This document shows positions 22,041 to 35,645 of a stretch of DNA of 64,000 bases, piece by piece. This DNA is from Haliotis cracherodii. Lineage: Eukaryota. Made by a program: the position numbers and the translations under genes. The stretch covers positions 30,070,001-30,134,000 of the forward strand of contig NW_027266275.1 in NCBI RefSeq assembly GCF_022045235.1. The letters are read 5' to 3'. Numbering within the stretch: the first letter of the stretch is position 1; every line of letters starts with the position of its first letter. The notes under the pieces were generated by a model, which saw nothing but the letters and a program-made list of their open reading frames with translations, ran no database searches and had not been told where the DNA came from.

Positions 22041-24521
22041 AAAAAGATGAGATACTGCACATCTTGTATATCCACAACAAGCACATCATTGGAGATGATA
22101 TAAATCTATGTGAGTCTAAAGATTTCACAGAATCCTTGTCAAATATTGCTCAATTTTCAACAAATATCAACAAGATCACTACTTACTGGCTGTCTTGCCA
22201 TGAGTCATCTGAGGGAAGATGCTTACCATCATTTGACACACTGAACCAGCTGTGGTTAATCCTTCAATTCTGAGGTGCTGGCGATGAGGGACGAGGCCCA
22301 TGCTCTTCTGCAAAAGTCATGACATATATGCCTTAGACACATATTGTCAATGAAATCTTTGATTAAATAAAACATTTCTCTCTTCTAATATTTTTTTTGT
22401 CTAATGGTGATTTCATCAAGAATACAGCTTGGCTTTGTTTATAATCAAAATTGGTTTTGGCGTTCAAAAAGTTTTATGTAAGATATGTGGATGACATTTC
22501 CAACTTGAGGTATCAGGGACTAAAATTATGCCCAATGCAGTTCTCTATTTCGACTTTTACTGAATGTTCCCACGTTTATTCAGGTAAACATTTGACTTGT
22601 GGTTGCATGTGTTTGTGTCAGTCCCACCTTGTGGGGCAGGATATGCTCATCTCATATCATCACTAATGGATAGATTAAAAACTAAACATGAATGTGAAAT
22701 AGACAGAATTATACAATGCATTCTGCTTTTAGCAGAAATTCCACAGAAATGTTTTTGTCACTTTATTTTCATCAAATAAAATGCTGAAACATGTATTCCA
22801 CTGACATGGTGCATGACTATGGTACCATGTGTAATGCAAGATAAAGAGCATTTTATTTGAATCATTTGTCCACAAACGCTTCAGTTATAACAAATTATGG
22901 TTATCAATTGTTTAATCATGTTAATAGAATGTACATACGCCATAGCACATGTCTTCCACAACAAATGGCTCTAGTCTCTTATCCACACCAAACACACTGA
23001 GGATCTGTGGCTATCCACAAGACCTGCGTAAGTGTTCTCTGTTGGTTTCTGGTAAAGTTGGGAATTATATAGGCCAGCATGCTGATAAGCACAGCTCATT
23101 TTTCATCTGAATCACATTCATTATCAGGATTCTACAGTAAACCATTTGTTTATTTCTGGGACTAACAATCTGGTGGTCTTCCCCTCACTGTCAGTAGGTG
23201 GTGCTTCTCTTAGGTCAGGTGATGACCTCAACAGAAACTATTCATAGCAACCAATCAGAAGCTTCTCACAGCCTCATCATCATGAGTAGGTGGGGCTTAC
23301 TTTTTCGGAGGAGCTATGATGGACTATATTATTTGTTGGTGTAAGTGTATCTAATGCTGTTTTGCAATATGGTAGAGACAGGTGCATTTGTTTGTCTGCT
23401 GTATTCAGTGCTGTTCTATTGTGCCAGAGGTAAGATCAGATATCATGGCCTCATGGTTTTATGAATCACGAATCTGTGGATGTGCAAGAAGAAGGGAGGA
23501 GCAGATCCAGCTGCACCTTTCAGTGGATCAGTCTGTCATAATTTGTCATCTGTTATGTCATCAATGAGTCATGAAAGCATCTGGATATAACTGGTAACCT
23601 GAGTCCAAGGTCAACGTGTTTCACAAGCTTCTTTCTGTACCATTGAGATAATATTTTTGCTGGGCACAAGCATTGTCATGAATGAGAACATTTTCTTTGT
23701 GATGAGGTCTATGAATGTTATGAATTACCGTTCCCTTCAAGAATAACTCTTATCTATTCATTAGTAGTTGAAGTTTGCTCTGTAAGTCAACATAGCATTG
23801 TTAAAAAAACAAACAATATAATTTGCTTCAAGTACCAGGGGGCACTGACCCTTAAAAATCCACATGACCCTCACATAACTGTGTAATATGGGTACCTTGT
23901 CCCATATTTCTGATATCTGGCAAATCATTCTCACAGGTAATGGATCTTTTGACCTGCAATAATATTCAAATAGCCAGTATAAACAACAAATGAGTTTTCT
24001 GTGCAAAATATTTCTTTCCCAACACTGTATCCATATGTCTGTGTTTGACCTGTAGAGGTTCCACTTGGATAGCATCTTGCACAATTATTATTTCTAGCAA
24101 TGACAAGGCTAGCGTCAGCACCATCAGCCTGCTGCCTAGACTTGCTCAAGTCTCTAAGGCATTAATTATTAGTTAAACCATAATTTCTAGATAATATGAA
24201 CAAAAAGAACAAGTTGTCCCTATAAAAGACTTGCTGGCTGATTATCTAGACTTGATTATTATAAGGATAGAATTGCTATACATCCATGGACATATCATTC
24301 AGTACAGCCTTGGAGCAAGGCTATCTGCTGCCTTACAACAAAGGGTTGCTGTTGCACGTTTCACTACGCAACGCGATGCAAGAACGTGTAATTGGAACAG
24401 TGGCAGACTTCCATCAAGGTCAGCATCTGTTGAACATTTAGGAGCTGTGGGGTTTTGTTTGTTAATTGAGACAGCCATCAGGCAGTTAGTGACAGATCCT
24501 GACCAACCTCTTTAATCTTAT

Positions 24522-24975
24522 ACCTGTACACTAGCTCTCTGTCTCTGGTATGCAGAGCATATTCTGGGTTGCAACTGATGTGGTATTATCCTGTACACTA
24601 GCTCTCAGTCTCTGGTATGAAGAACACATTGGATTGCAACTGATGTGGTATTATCCTGTACACTAGCTCTCAGTCTCTGGTATGAAGAACATATTGTATT
24701 GCAACTGATGTGGTATTATCCTGTACACTAGCTCTCAGTCTCTAGTATGAAGAACATATTGTATTGCAACTGTTGTGGTATTATCCTGTACACTAACTCT
24801 CAGTCTCTGGTATGAAGAACATATTGTATTGCAACAGTTGTGGTATTATCCTGTAGACTAGCTGCTAGTCTCTGGTTTGCAGAAGTATTATGGATTGCAA
24901 CTGATGTGATATTATCCTTTAGACTAGTTTTTAGGGTCTGGTATGCAAGATATATTCCGGTTGCAACTGTGTTGT
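24522..24975. repeat. 65-bp tandem repeat, ~7 units
   Basis: cctgta(c/g)acta recurs at 24590, 24655, 24720, 24785 and 24850. Confidence 0.93.
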
Positions 24976-26688
24976 GAAGTTTTTCATCGGTCCATTCACC
25001 AGTGCACTTACAGATGTGGCTCAGATATTTGGCTGCGTCACAGATTATATTTGGAGACACATTCATGCTAGATACTGTTGGTTTGTTGATAATGTAGCAG
25101 GAAATAAAACTAATTCCTGTTTTTAATTATATTTAGTGCCAATGTTTGAAATTGATTTTTCCTGTAGAAAAATAGTTTGGTCCCATATTTGATAAGGATT
25201 TTCAATATGGATCTGGTAATATACAAGTTCAACTGTATTACGATGTACCAGTTTTCAAAATATATTTGTCCTCACTCTGAGCATGTTTATGGTCCTCAGA
25301 TTACTTTGACTATTTAATATATACGTAGAGTTCCACTGATAAATAGTTGATAGTATGCTGTCTTTATACATGGTATTATTACCTTGCACAAATGTTAATT
25401 CATCTTCATATTTCTTGGAAGGAGTCTATGTGTCAACTGAGTCAAGTCCAAAACAAACATGAAGCAATACATTCAGTTAGATCTGTGAGTATACTTGAGG
25501 TCTGCCCATCATGTAAAAAGGGTTTTTAAATCTGGTATTTCACTATGAGCATATGCATTATCAACTTCACAGCTCTTGCAAAGGCATGCCATGGATTTCC
25601 AATACAAGAAATGATTGTTATATAACGAGTTCTACAGGTTACTCAAGTGTATACTCAGTAAAGGGTCATGTTGAAACTGGCCTAAGACTTGAGATCACTC
25701 CCACCTCCAAGATTGGGTCCAGATGTCATGTTTTCAGCATGGCTGATCTTGTGTCCCCTGCCAGGCAGACTCCGCAACATGGATCAAGTTTCCTGTCTTC
25801 CAAGTCATAGAGCCACAACACACAGACTGATAGCAGGGGATATATGCCAGTACCAAAGGCCATTGGAATTTGCAACAAATCTGAATGAAAACATAGTCAC
25901 GCCTTGATTACTTAAAGCTGTTGTGTACTGATATACTTTAACATTCACGCCATATCAAACAGCTGTTTTTATGACTGACAGCGAGTTTAACACAAGTACA
26001 AATAACTTTTATGACTAGAATTGTGTTTATGCCAGAAACTGCCCGATGCTTCCTTAGAATGTGGATGATCTTTTCGTGCAAGACATGGTTGACTTTGAAC
26101 ACATTTTATATCTCTTGTCGAATATTAATACTTGATGATACATAGGATTTGTGCAATGTTGCATCATTCACACCCGAGTGACACAAAGGACAATCTGGTA
26201 TTTGGTATCAATGGAAGCTTTTAAAAACCAAGAAATATTTTTCACCCTTTCATCATTGTATCCTGAAAAAACATTTGGTATGTTCTTATATTGACTCTTA
26301 CTGATTTCAACTTTGGTGAATATCACCTTGAACAGATGAACATTCTTCAACACTGTATGCTTGGTGAATGGTGTGACATAAGCTAGCGATGTGGTACAAT
26401 GTGTTGTTTTTTTAGCAAATGTATATATGGGCAATACTGATTAAAGTGAAGTGTTGATATGAGCGTTATCGCACTGTGACCCATGGAGTTCCAGACAAGT
26501 AACTCCTTGTTATATATCTGTACATGAGTAACACCCTCACACAAGTCAGCAGATGGCGTGGGAAGCATCACTGCTGAAAGAGAGGAAAGTAAAAGGTAAC
26601 ACAAATTAAATAACAAGAAAAGTTTTCAATATTTCTCAGTCACCTGCAGATATTTCGATTATCACAAATAGCATGTAGAACAACAGAT

Positions 26689-26770
26689 AGTAGGTTATAC
26701 CACAGAAAGTAGGTTATACCACACATAGTAGGTTATACCACAGATACGGTAGGTTATCAAAAGTTATAGG
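26689..26770. repeat. ~19-bp tandem repeat (gtaggttataccacag..), ~4 units
   Basis: Directly visible. Confidence 0.8.
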
Positions 26771-27800
26771 CGGCAATCCACACAGCTGCTAAACAACAAC
26801 ACAGTGTAAGATGATTGCTGTTTGTGTGGTATGTCAAGATGCCTCTTATTTATCAACACTGCTGAGGATGTGGAATATCTCAATATGCTTCTTGTATTCA
26901 CAGCCTGACTTACACACAGCTTCAGCAGAAACACCAACATCCTTAGATATCCAGTGGCAAATCACACAGATATGTCCTCTGCGCATCCAAACCGGGTTCA
27001 AACATAATTTCTGACCATAATCCATTTGGGGCTGGTCATGTCACCCCTTTTGGAAACCATACCATGTGTTATAGATAGATGAAAAGCTCTTGGAACTGTG
27101 TATTTGACAGTATCACTAAAATAAATCAAAAACCCCAAAATAATGACTTTATAGCCATTTGAAGTTATAGAAAAAGCAAAATTTTCGGTGACTTTTAATT
27201 GTCCATCAGTAACCCCTTATGCTTCAATACCAATGGCAAAAACTAATAACAGAATGCAATCTGCGGAGTCGTTATATGGCTGAAATAATGCTGATGCGAT
27301 GTTAAATTTTAACTGACTCACTATCTGTGGATGTAGCAAACACTGGGCAATAATCTCAATACAGACAAAGAAAGGGCAGGGGGAAATAGAAGAGGAGTCA
27401 CTCGCAAACAATTAAGTGAAGTGTATGCAGAACATTTCCCAAAATTCCAAATACATATTTGAGATCCTTAAGATATTACCACTATGACTGCATACTAGAA
27501 ACTAGTAATTTTACCAACTTCAAGGGATTCATCTGGGTACTTGCAATATGACCCTAAATAAAAAATATGCTTCTTGTAACCCCCGACTGTCCTGAGAATA
27601 TAGCCATCCATTCTAAAATACAGTGTGCAAGAAGGTCTGTGTGAAGTAATATGGAGATGGTGAAGTCACTTCTGAAACTGTGGTAGCAATTGGTTCCAGG
27701 TTATTTATCATAACACAGAATGGAGATATATTACTTTGGATAATTGAAGATGGGTAAAAAGTAAAATTTATTTAGATCTTATCTCACTGAAATGGAAACT

Positions 27801-29330
27801 AGCAGTGCTTCTTGTGTAAGACTCCATCCGACAGTGCTTCTTGTGTAAGATTCTATGCTGTCTGACAGTGCTTCTTGTGTAAGATTCTATGCTGTCTGAC
27901 AGTGCTTCTTGTGTAAGACTCCATCCGACAGTGCTTCTTGTGTAAGATTCTATGTTGTCTGACAGTGCTTCTTGTGTAAGATTCTATGCTGTCTGACAGT
28001 GCTTCTTCTTGTGTAAGACTGTCGACTGGCCGACAGTGTCTCTTGTACAAGATTGTAGACATGCCAACAGTGCTGCTTCTTGTGTAAGATTGTAGTCAGG
28101 CTGACAGTGCTTCTTGTATAAAACTATCCAGCAGTGCGTCTTGTGTAAGATTGTAGTCAGACTGACAGTGCTTCTTGTATAAAACTATCCAGCAGTGCGT
28201 CTTTTGTAAGATTGTGGACAGGCTGACAGTGCTTCTTGTATAAAACTATCCAGCAGTGCATCTTGTGTAAGATTGTGGACAGGCCGACAGTGCTTCTTGT
28301 ATAAAACTATCCAGCAGTGTGTCTTGTGTAAGACTGTAGTCAGACTGACAGTGCTTCTTGTATAAAACTATCCAGCAGTGCATCTTTTGTAAGATTGTGG
28401 ACAGACTGACAGTGCTTCTTGTATAAAACTATCCAGCAGTGCGTCTTGTGTAAGATTGTGGACAGGCTGACAGTGCTTCTTGTATAAAACTATCCAGCAG
28501 TTCATCTTTTGTAAGATTGTGGACAGACTGACAGTGCTTCTTGTATAAAACTATCCAGCAGTGCGTCCTTTGTAAGATTGTGGACAGGCCGACAGTGCTT
28601 CTTGTATAAAACTATCCAGCAGTGCGTCTTGTGTAAGATTGTGGACAGGCTGACAGTGCTTCTTGTATAAAACTATCCAGCAGTGCGTCTTGTGTAAGAT
28701 TGTAGTCAGACTGACAGTGCTTCTTGTATAAAACTATCCAGCAGTGCGTCTTTTGTAAGATTGTGGACAGACTGACAGTGCTTCTTGTATAAAACTATCC
28801 AGTAGTGCGTCTTGTGTAAGATTGCAGTAGACATGCTGACAGTGCTTCTTGTATAAAACTATACAGCAGTGCATCTTGTGTAAGATTGTAGTCATGCCGA
28901 TAGTGCTTCTTGTATAAAACTCTATACTTTGAGACAGTGTGTCTTGTGTAAGATTGTAGACAAGCTGACAGTGCTTCTTGGGTAGAACTAACCAGCAGTG
29001 CTCCTTGTATTCCAGCCAATAGTGCTTGTTTGGTGTAAGATAGTAGACCAACCAGCAATATATAAGATTCTGTACTTCCTGACAGTGCTTCTTGTGTAAG
29101 ACTCTATCTGACATGTTCTTGTGTAAGACTCTAAACTGGCTGAAGTGCTTCTTGTGTGAGATTGTAGTCCAGCCAATAGTGCCTTTTGTGTAAGATTCGA
29201 AACTTTCTTGCAGTGCTATGTGTGAGACTGTATACGATCCGACAAAGTGTTTTTTGTGTATGATAAAAGACCAGCCTCCAGTGTTTCTGGTGTAAGATAG
29301 TAGACTGCCTGGCAGTACCTTGTGGGTCTG
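27801..29330. repeat. Satellite with ~27/34-bp subunits forming a ~61-bp dimeric unit
   Basis: Core cagtgcttcttgt(g/a)taa; homogeneous at 28100-28900, diverged at the edges. Confidence 0.95.
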
Positions 29331-32300
29331 TGACTCACACAACAGATGGATTACATTGCAAGAGGATTCACACAGACAACGGTCTGATGTGACCGCATTC
29401 CAGGTTCACATTAGGTCAGAGTTGTAATGCTTAACTAAGACGATATATGTCACATTGTCATGGGTTGTTACAATGATAGTCTTTCATTACTGTCAGAATT
29501 GATAAACTCCTTGCAGGGATATCTTTTGTTTTAATTAAATGCCAACCAGAAAAAAATAGAGTATAATACTTAAAAATATTTCGTGAAATATTTTACATTA
29601 AATAAGTTATTGTTTATTCACTGATTGTGATATATACGCTAGGAAGTCCCATGTGAAGGTCTCAAGAAATGCTTCCATCCCAAACGGTGGTCTGTTCACT
29701 ATTTGTCATTCATTAGAACATACTAGCTTATATCTCACACCAGTGGTACTGGAAGCCAGAAAAATCTTAACCACAGAACCTTCATCAACCGATGTAATGG
29801 TTTGTGTAATCAACCATGTTTTGTAAAGATACATCGTAGAGAAAATTAATTTGGACCCCACAGTGGCAACTTCTTCTATTTATACACAAGATTACCTTAC
29901 AGTTGAGGAAAGTTATACTCTATCTTCCCATGCAGCTGTAGCATGTGTAGGAATTTTGTCATATTGTAGCTTTGTAATGACAGTAATTATGGCTCTTGGT
30001 GTTATTTCTGGCAAGGTACTATGTGGTGTAGGTTACAAGGGACATTCAGGTACAGTGAGGCGAGTTAGCCTAGAATGTATCCATGTGCACTCCCTTTGTC
30101 TTACTATGGAGCAAGGGTACTAATGTCTTTGTCCTTATTAGATCAAAGTACTATTTTTAGCTTAAATACTTACATGTACTGTTCAATGAAAGGCAAATTA
30201 TGTCTTATGGGTAAAATCAAATTTGTTGTCCATATGTGTTTAGAGAAACCAAAAGATGCTAATTTTAGGAATAGCCATGTAATCAAAGTTGAGAGAGAGA
30301 GAGAGAGGGCATTGGGAGGGGACAAGGGAGAGAGGGGAAGGAGGAGGGTTGGGTAGGGATGGGGGAGTTTACAGCACCAAGACGTAACAAGGGTCTTGAA
30401 ACTGGGAGATGAAATGGTGGCAAGTTATGTGTGATGGTTTTGCTGAGGAGTTGTGGCATGCCTGGTGTAAGGTGATAAGCCTCCAGATGTGGGGTGACAG
30501 TGTTTCCATGACCGATTCCCCCATACACGGTGCCTCATCCTCACCCCCATGTTGCTTCCCATAATTCCTGCCTCAGCCCTTCCTGTCAACAGTCTTCCTT
30601 AATGCTCCACCTTTCATATGACTGCCTGCATCTATACCTACTGTCTATCCTTCATCGACCTCTCCCTGCATCTCCCACCATTCCTCCACCCCCATCTATC
30701 TTCTATTTTGTCCTAAGCTTCACCTCCCAACCCATGTGACCCCGAAACCCACCCATGTGGACCCCCTGCGTCCCCCCAAACCATCTGCCCCCCCTGCCTC
30801 CCCCTTCCTGACCCCAACCCCCTGATCCTTTATACAGCTCTGTGCAAGGAGAAATTTTTCTGCATTAAAAAAAAATGTTGGCAGGTCTTATGTCACAACA
30901 TATCAGAGCTTATGTTAGCCAGGGCACTAGTGCACCTTGTTTCAGTTTCTCACAATATGTTTATCTGATTGGCAAAATATCACAGCAAGGGTTACATAAA
31001 GACATGGTACTATGAAAAACATGCGAAAAAGTTGGATGAATGTTTTATCCTACATATTGTTAACCACCATAAGTCCCAGCAATGCCTTATCACTTATAAC
31101 CGCATGACAGAAATAACAACTCTTTTCAAACAAGGGAACACTAATTTAGCACTGGCAGCACAAGGGCAGGGGAGGGAGAAGTGCATCCCTCCCCCCTTTT
31201 TTCAGTTTAGACACCTTACATGTAACTGCGCCCTCGAGCATTCTTCATGATTCAAGTATTATGTACACGACCTCATTTTTCAAAATCCTTGATCTGCCTC
31301 TGTAAAGCATCTGAAAAAGTGACACTTCTTCCAGAATATTTTTAGTAGATGTAATTGGAACCTAAGCAAATAGATTATACATTGAAGAACTTGTTTGTAG
31401 ACACATCATTAATATTAAAGGTGAGACACTGATAATAGTGTGTAAGCAAATAGTATCTTCCTTGCTATAATGCTTAATAATCACCTATTACCCTTCTGAT
31501 CTCTGCCCTGCCTCCAGACCCAGATGATAAGAGGGGTTAAAGGTATAGATTTGTGTGTTCCCTGGCACCAGCTCTGTAAGGGCAGATAAATGTGTGACAG
31601 TCGTCTAGGATAATACAATATTTATACATCTCAGGCAGGGTTTTACCTTGACTAACAAAAGTGGGGGTCCAGGAGACTCCCAATAATGGAGTATGAGCTA
31701 AGGTCCTAGCTGGCAATATGAGGGTCATGTAGAAAATGAAATGGTGTAGTGTACAGTGTGTACTGTATGTTTTGATAATTAATTTAGAGCCTGGAATTAT
31801 TTAATGATCCAGTGGACAGTGGTCATGATTATGGGTGAAATGACCGACACCCATAACTGCTCTTGATGCACTGTAGCTACAGTTGATATTAATGTGGGCT
31901 TGGGACATAGTATATTCTTTTTCTGAGTCCATTCTCAACTTTGTACATACTGGACGCACATTTGTGCGTGGCATAAAACCCTGATCTCAGGTAAATAATT
32001 GAAGTTTATGTATGGGAGGGAAACATATTTTTATCAATTAGTTTAAGTTTCTTTCACATGAATCATGTACCAGGCCAGACACATCACTGTAACCTTTTCA
32101 TTTTGTTCATCAAATCCATAATGATTATGACTTTTAGTCTGTATTTTCTCTGAAACAAACACTAAGCTCAATTTGAATCCATTCTTTTCTGTTTTACATA
32201 AGTTGAAGTAGAGACAGGGAATCAGTTGAGCACAGAGACGAAAAGGTATACCAAAATATGTTTAAATCCCATTGAAAAACTATGGTTGTTATATCTTATC

Positions 32301-33101
32301 TGCACACTCTTTTGAGGATTATTTTTTTAACTATTTTGTCAGCTGTTCCTTTAGAATTGATGTCAGTGTGGCGTTGATGATTTCCATGTATTTGTGAGGA
32401 CCAGGAGTAGCATGGCACACATGGTATTATGTGCTAGAAATAGACTTGAGAGGATGTTGAAAGAAATGATTTTTGTTATTCACAAAGATAAAATTGGTAT
32501 GTGTTTATTTTCTGTTATCTTGGAGATTCTTTTCTATGGCATATGAAACCGTATATGATATTTCCTCTGCTCAAGTTTGGGTTTGAATTCAACAATTTTG
32601 TGTTTTTAAATGAACAAATTGTCTCGATAACTGGATAACAATAAGGACATATCTAACCAGAGGTTGACACATGGTATTCCATTTCAATCTGCAAAACCAC
32701 ACCACTTAAAAAAACATGAAAAATATTTTGTATTTGAATGCTCAAGAGCAGTGTTACACTGGTAATTATGATGCCAGTAACTAAGGGCACATTGTCTGCA
32801 TGGTTCTGAAAGATGATGATATGAACAGCACAACAATTCATTGCTTGTTTTGTAAGCCAAAATACCACAATGAAGGCAGCAAAAGATTTTTCACCAGATC
32901 TCACTGGAGGTCAATCCCAAAGAAAGAAACTCCAATATCAGCTAATAACCTTAGAACATTATTCTGAAAATTCTTTTTGTTTGTTCTTGTCTTTACCTGA
33001 CAGAAAGTTTCTATAACCAAAAATACAAACAAGAAGAGGTTTGAAATAAGTATAGAAATTGAACATGCATGGTATATTTTTAAAAGGTCAGTGGTATATA
33101 G

Positions 33102-33703
33102 TTATACCAAGGAATTCTGTTTGTCCATCCATCTATCCGTCCACCCTTCTGAGGAAATTTGTTTGTGCGGCCTATAGCTTGCATAAAAGTACAACATAGA
33201 TTCTTTTCAAACTTGGTGAACATTTTCTATACCAAATAGGAGAGGTGCAGTGCAAAGTTTGATTTCAATGTTTGAATTTTCTATAAAAAAAAGAAGTTAT
33301 TTTTCATCTTATTTCTTATAATGTTTTTACTGAAACATTTGTGCGACTTATAAATTGAAGACTATTGGATGGATTCTTTTAAAATTTCAGAAACAATTTC
33401 TATACTAATAGGAGAGGTTCAGTGCAAAGTTTGATTTTGGTACCGGGTATGTATTTCTTTCTGAAAATATATGATTTTTTCATGTTTTGAACATTGTGTG
33501 ACCTATAACTTCAAAACCTCTTCTTGGATTGTTTTCTAGTTGGGGGTACAGTGTCTATACCAATAGATGAGGTGCAGTGCAAAGTTTGATTTTGTTAAGT
33601 GAATTTTCTGAGAGAAAATTGCTTTTTTCATGTTTTGAACTTACAAATATGTTGAAGTTGAGGTCGGGGGGTATTAGTGGGCTCTGCTCACTTTTTGCCT
33701 TGT
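33102..33703 (+). mobile_element. Helentron-associated (HINE/DINE-1-like) non-autonomous element
   Basis: 5' ttatacc, a (GTCC/ATCC)n tract, three internal ~160-175-bp repeats (ctataccaataggagaggtgcagtgcaaagtttgattt), then ggggtatta + hairpin gtgggc-tct-gctcac + cttgtt. A related subunit lies at ~19250-19440. Confidence 0.65.
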
Positions 33704-34755
33704 TTTATGTTTGGTGGATAATAAAATACTCATCTGTAAGACAAGGCTTTTGGTAGATATGATACTAATAATTAGTTCATTTTGGTTTTTATGCACAAAG
33801 TGTCAGCTGTGTATTTGTATGATCATAGCTCACACACACGCTACCTACACGCTGCAGTCCATGTTTTCATCAGCAATGATGTTTTGAATTCCTGTACAGC
33901 ATGTTTTGTGTTGATGATCTCAACTATTGAGTGTATTTATAGCTGGCAGCAGTTAAACTTTATCAGTGTTCTCTCCTGATTCCATGGAGAGTATGGAAGC
34001 AGCTTTGTGGAAAACATTATCAGCGAAACAGTGAAAATATTTGATAATACTGACTGGAATTCTGAAGGAGGAAAATAAATAGCAACCAGATGAATCAAGA
34101 TGTACTTGAAATATTATGCTGAAAGAACAGCTTGGATCATCAGATATTTAATGTGAGTAAAGCCTTGACAAAGAACGGACCGAACTTTAGAAGTTATAAT
34201 TATTATTACTGTCTTAGATTAGAAAACATGGCTCCACAAGTGCATTTTGACAGTTTATGTATTAATGAGCTCTATTCTGTGATCCATATTAAGGATGAAA
34301 GTCAAGGGATCCTTGTCAAATAGCCATGTTTAACATATATGGTCAAAGAGTTCTTGCATGAAACGATATAGACAAAACATTGAGTTCACATTATCCATTA
34401 CTATTCTACCAGGGTATCTGCACCATGGTCTGAGAAACACTTAATGCCATGTGTAAGATGGTTTACCTAACACAGAATTCCAGCCTGGCATGAGAGAGAT
34501 GGATTGTAAGACCAGCATGCTGTCATGGTTCACCAGACATGATGTGTGGACACTGTCCAGTCTCAGGGCCAACTCACCATCAATAATGGCAGCTTGGACT
34601 CTCTGGGAATGCACCTAAACATCCATGTTGTCCTTTCATGCTTTTTCAGGGACCTGTCATCATTTATTTATTAGGGATGGGGGTGGGGAGAAAAACAACT
34701 TTGGCCTGGCCTAACAAAAAGACATAAATTGAAAACTATTCATTTTCAATCTATC

Positions 34756-34833
34756 TGTGTACATTATTGTATCTCATTAACACAAGTTATGGAAATGTGT
34801 ACATTATTGTATCTCATTAACACAAGTTATGGA
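34756..34833. repeat. 41-bp direct tandem duplication
   Basis: tgtgtacattattgtatctcattaacacaagttatgga x2. Confidence 0.9.
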
Positions 34834-35480
34834 GGTGTTTCATAAGCATCATCACTGTAAGTAAAATGCCAACAAGATACCTGGCACTGAAGATGGTCAT
34901 TCTTGTAGCCATGCAAACAAACAACATCTTGAAGAGGTTTCAAGGTCAATCATCAGTGACCTCCTTTATCAGTCTCATCATGTACTGCCTACCATGTTGG
35001 TTGTCATGGAGCTGTGCACATCATCTGAGACTAAGCATTGAGTCCATTGTAAGTAAAGAAGCTTGTCTCTGGTCAATCCGGCTTGTGATGAAGGTCATGA
35101 AAATATTTGTAGTCCTCTATTGTAAATCATGTGGACATATCACTTTGGCATTGGGTCCGTAGGGGCCATGCCATTGCCCCTGGCTTCTTTATCATGTTCA
35201 TCAGGGCCTTTGACAGATAATTTGTCTCCCAGATAGGGCTGCAATATGGCTTTATTGCCTCTTTGGTCATTGTATTTGAAAGGGGGTGAGAACAAATGAA
35301 CCTGGCTTATTACTGTATTGTATGTTAACACTGGTGTTTGGATAGGATCCATTACAAGAGACAGATGAGAACACAGTTTGTTTTATGTAGATGTTTTTTC
35401 TTCAGTGTGCTTTTGCACGTAACAGTGAGTGACTGAATGTGTTTAAAGCGGCTTTGAACAATATTTCAGTTATATCAGAG

Positions 35481-35645
35481 TGAGTGAGTGAGTTTGGTTT
35501 TATGCCGCTTTTAGCAATTTTCCAGCAATATCATGGCGTGGGACACCAGAAATGGGCTTCACACGTTGTACCCATGTCGGGAATCGAACGCGGGTCTTCG
35601 GCGTGACGAGCGAACGCTTTAACCACTAGGCTGCCTGACCGCCCC
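35481..35645 (-). mobile_element. SINE family A nested in an old SINE-B (~35424-35745)
   Basis: TSD cagttatatcagag at 35467-35480 and 35646-35659. Confidence 0.9.

Noticed and set aside
21341-22103. Repetitive ORFs on both strands (195-241 aa)
   Set aside because: Translations of a 24-bp minisatellite.
27853-29342. ORFs in the 61-bp array, and the possibility of a CRISPR-like array
   Set aside because: Units are tandem with no unique spacers; eukaryotic context and no cas genes.
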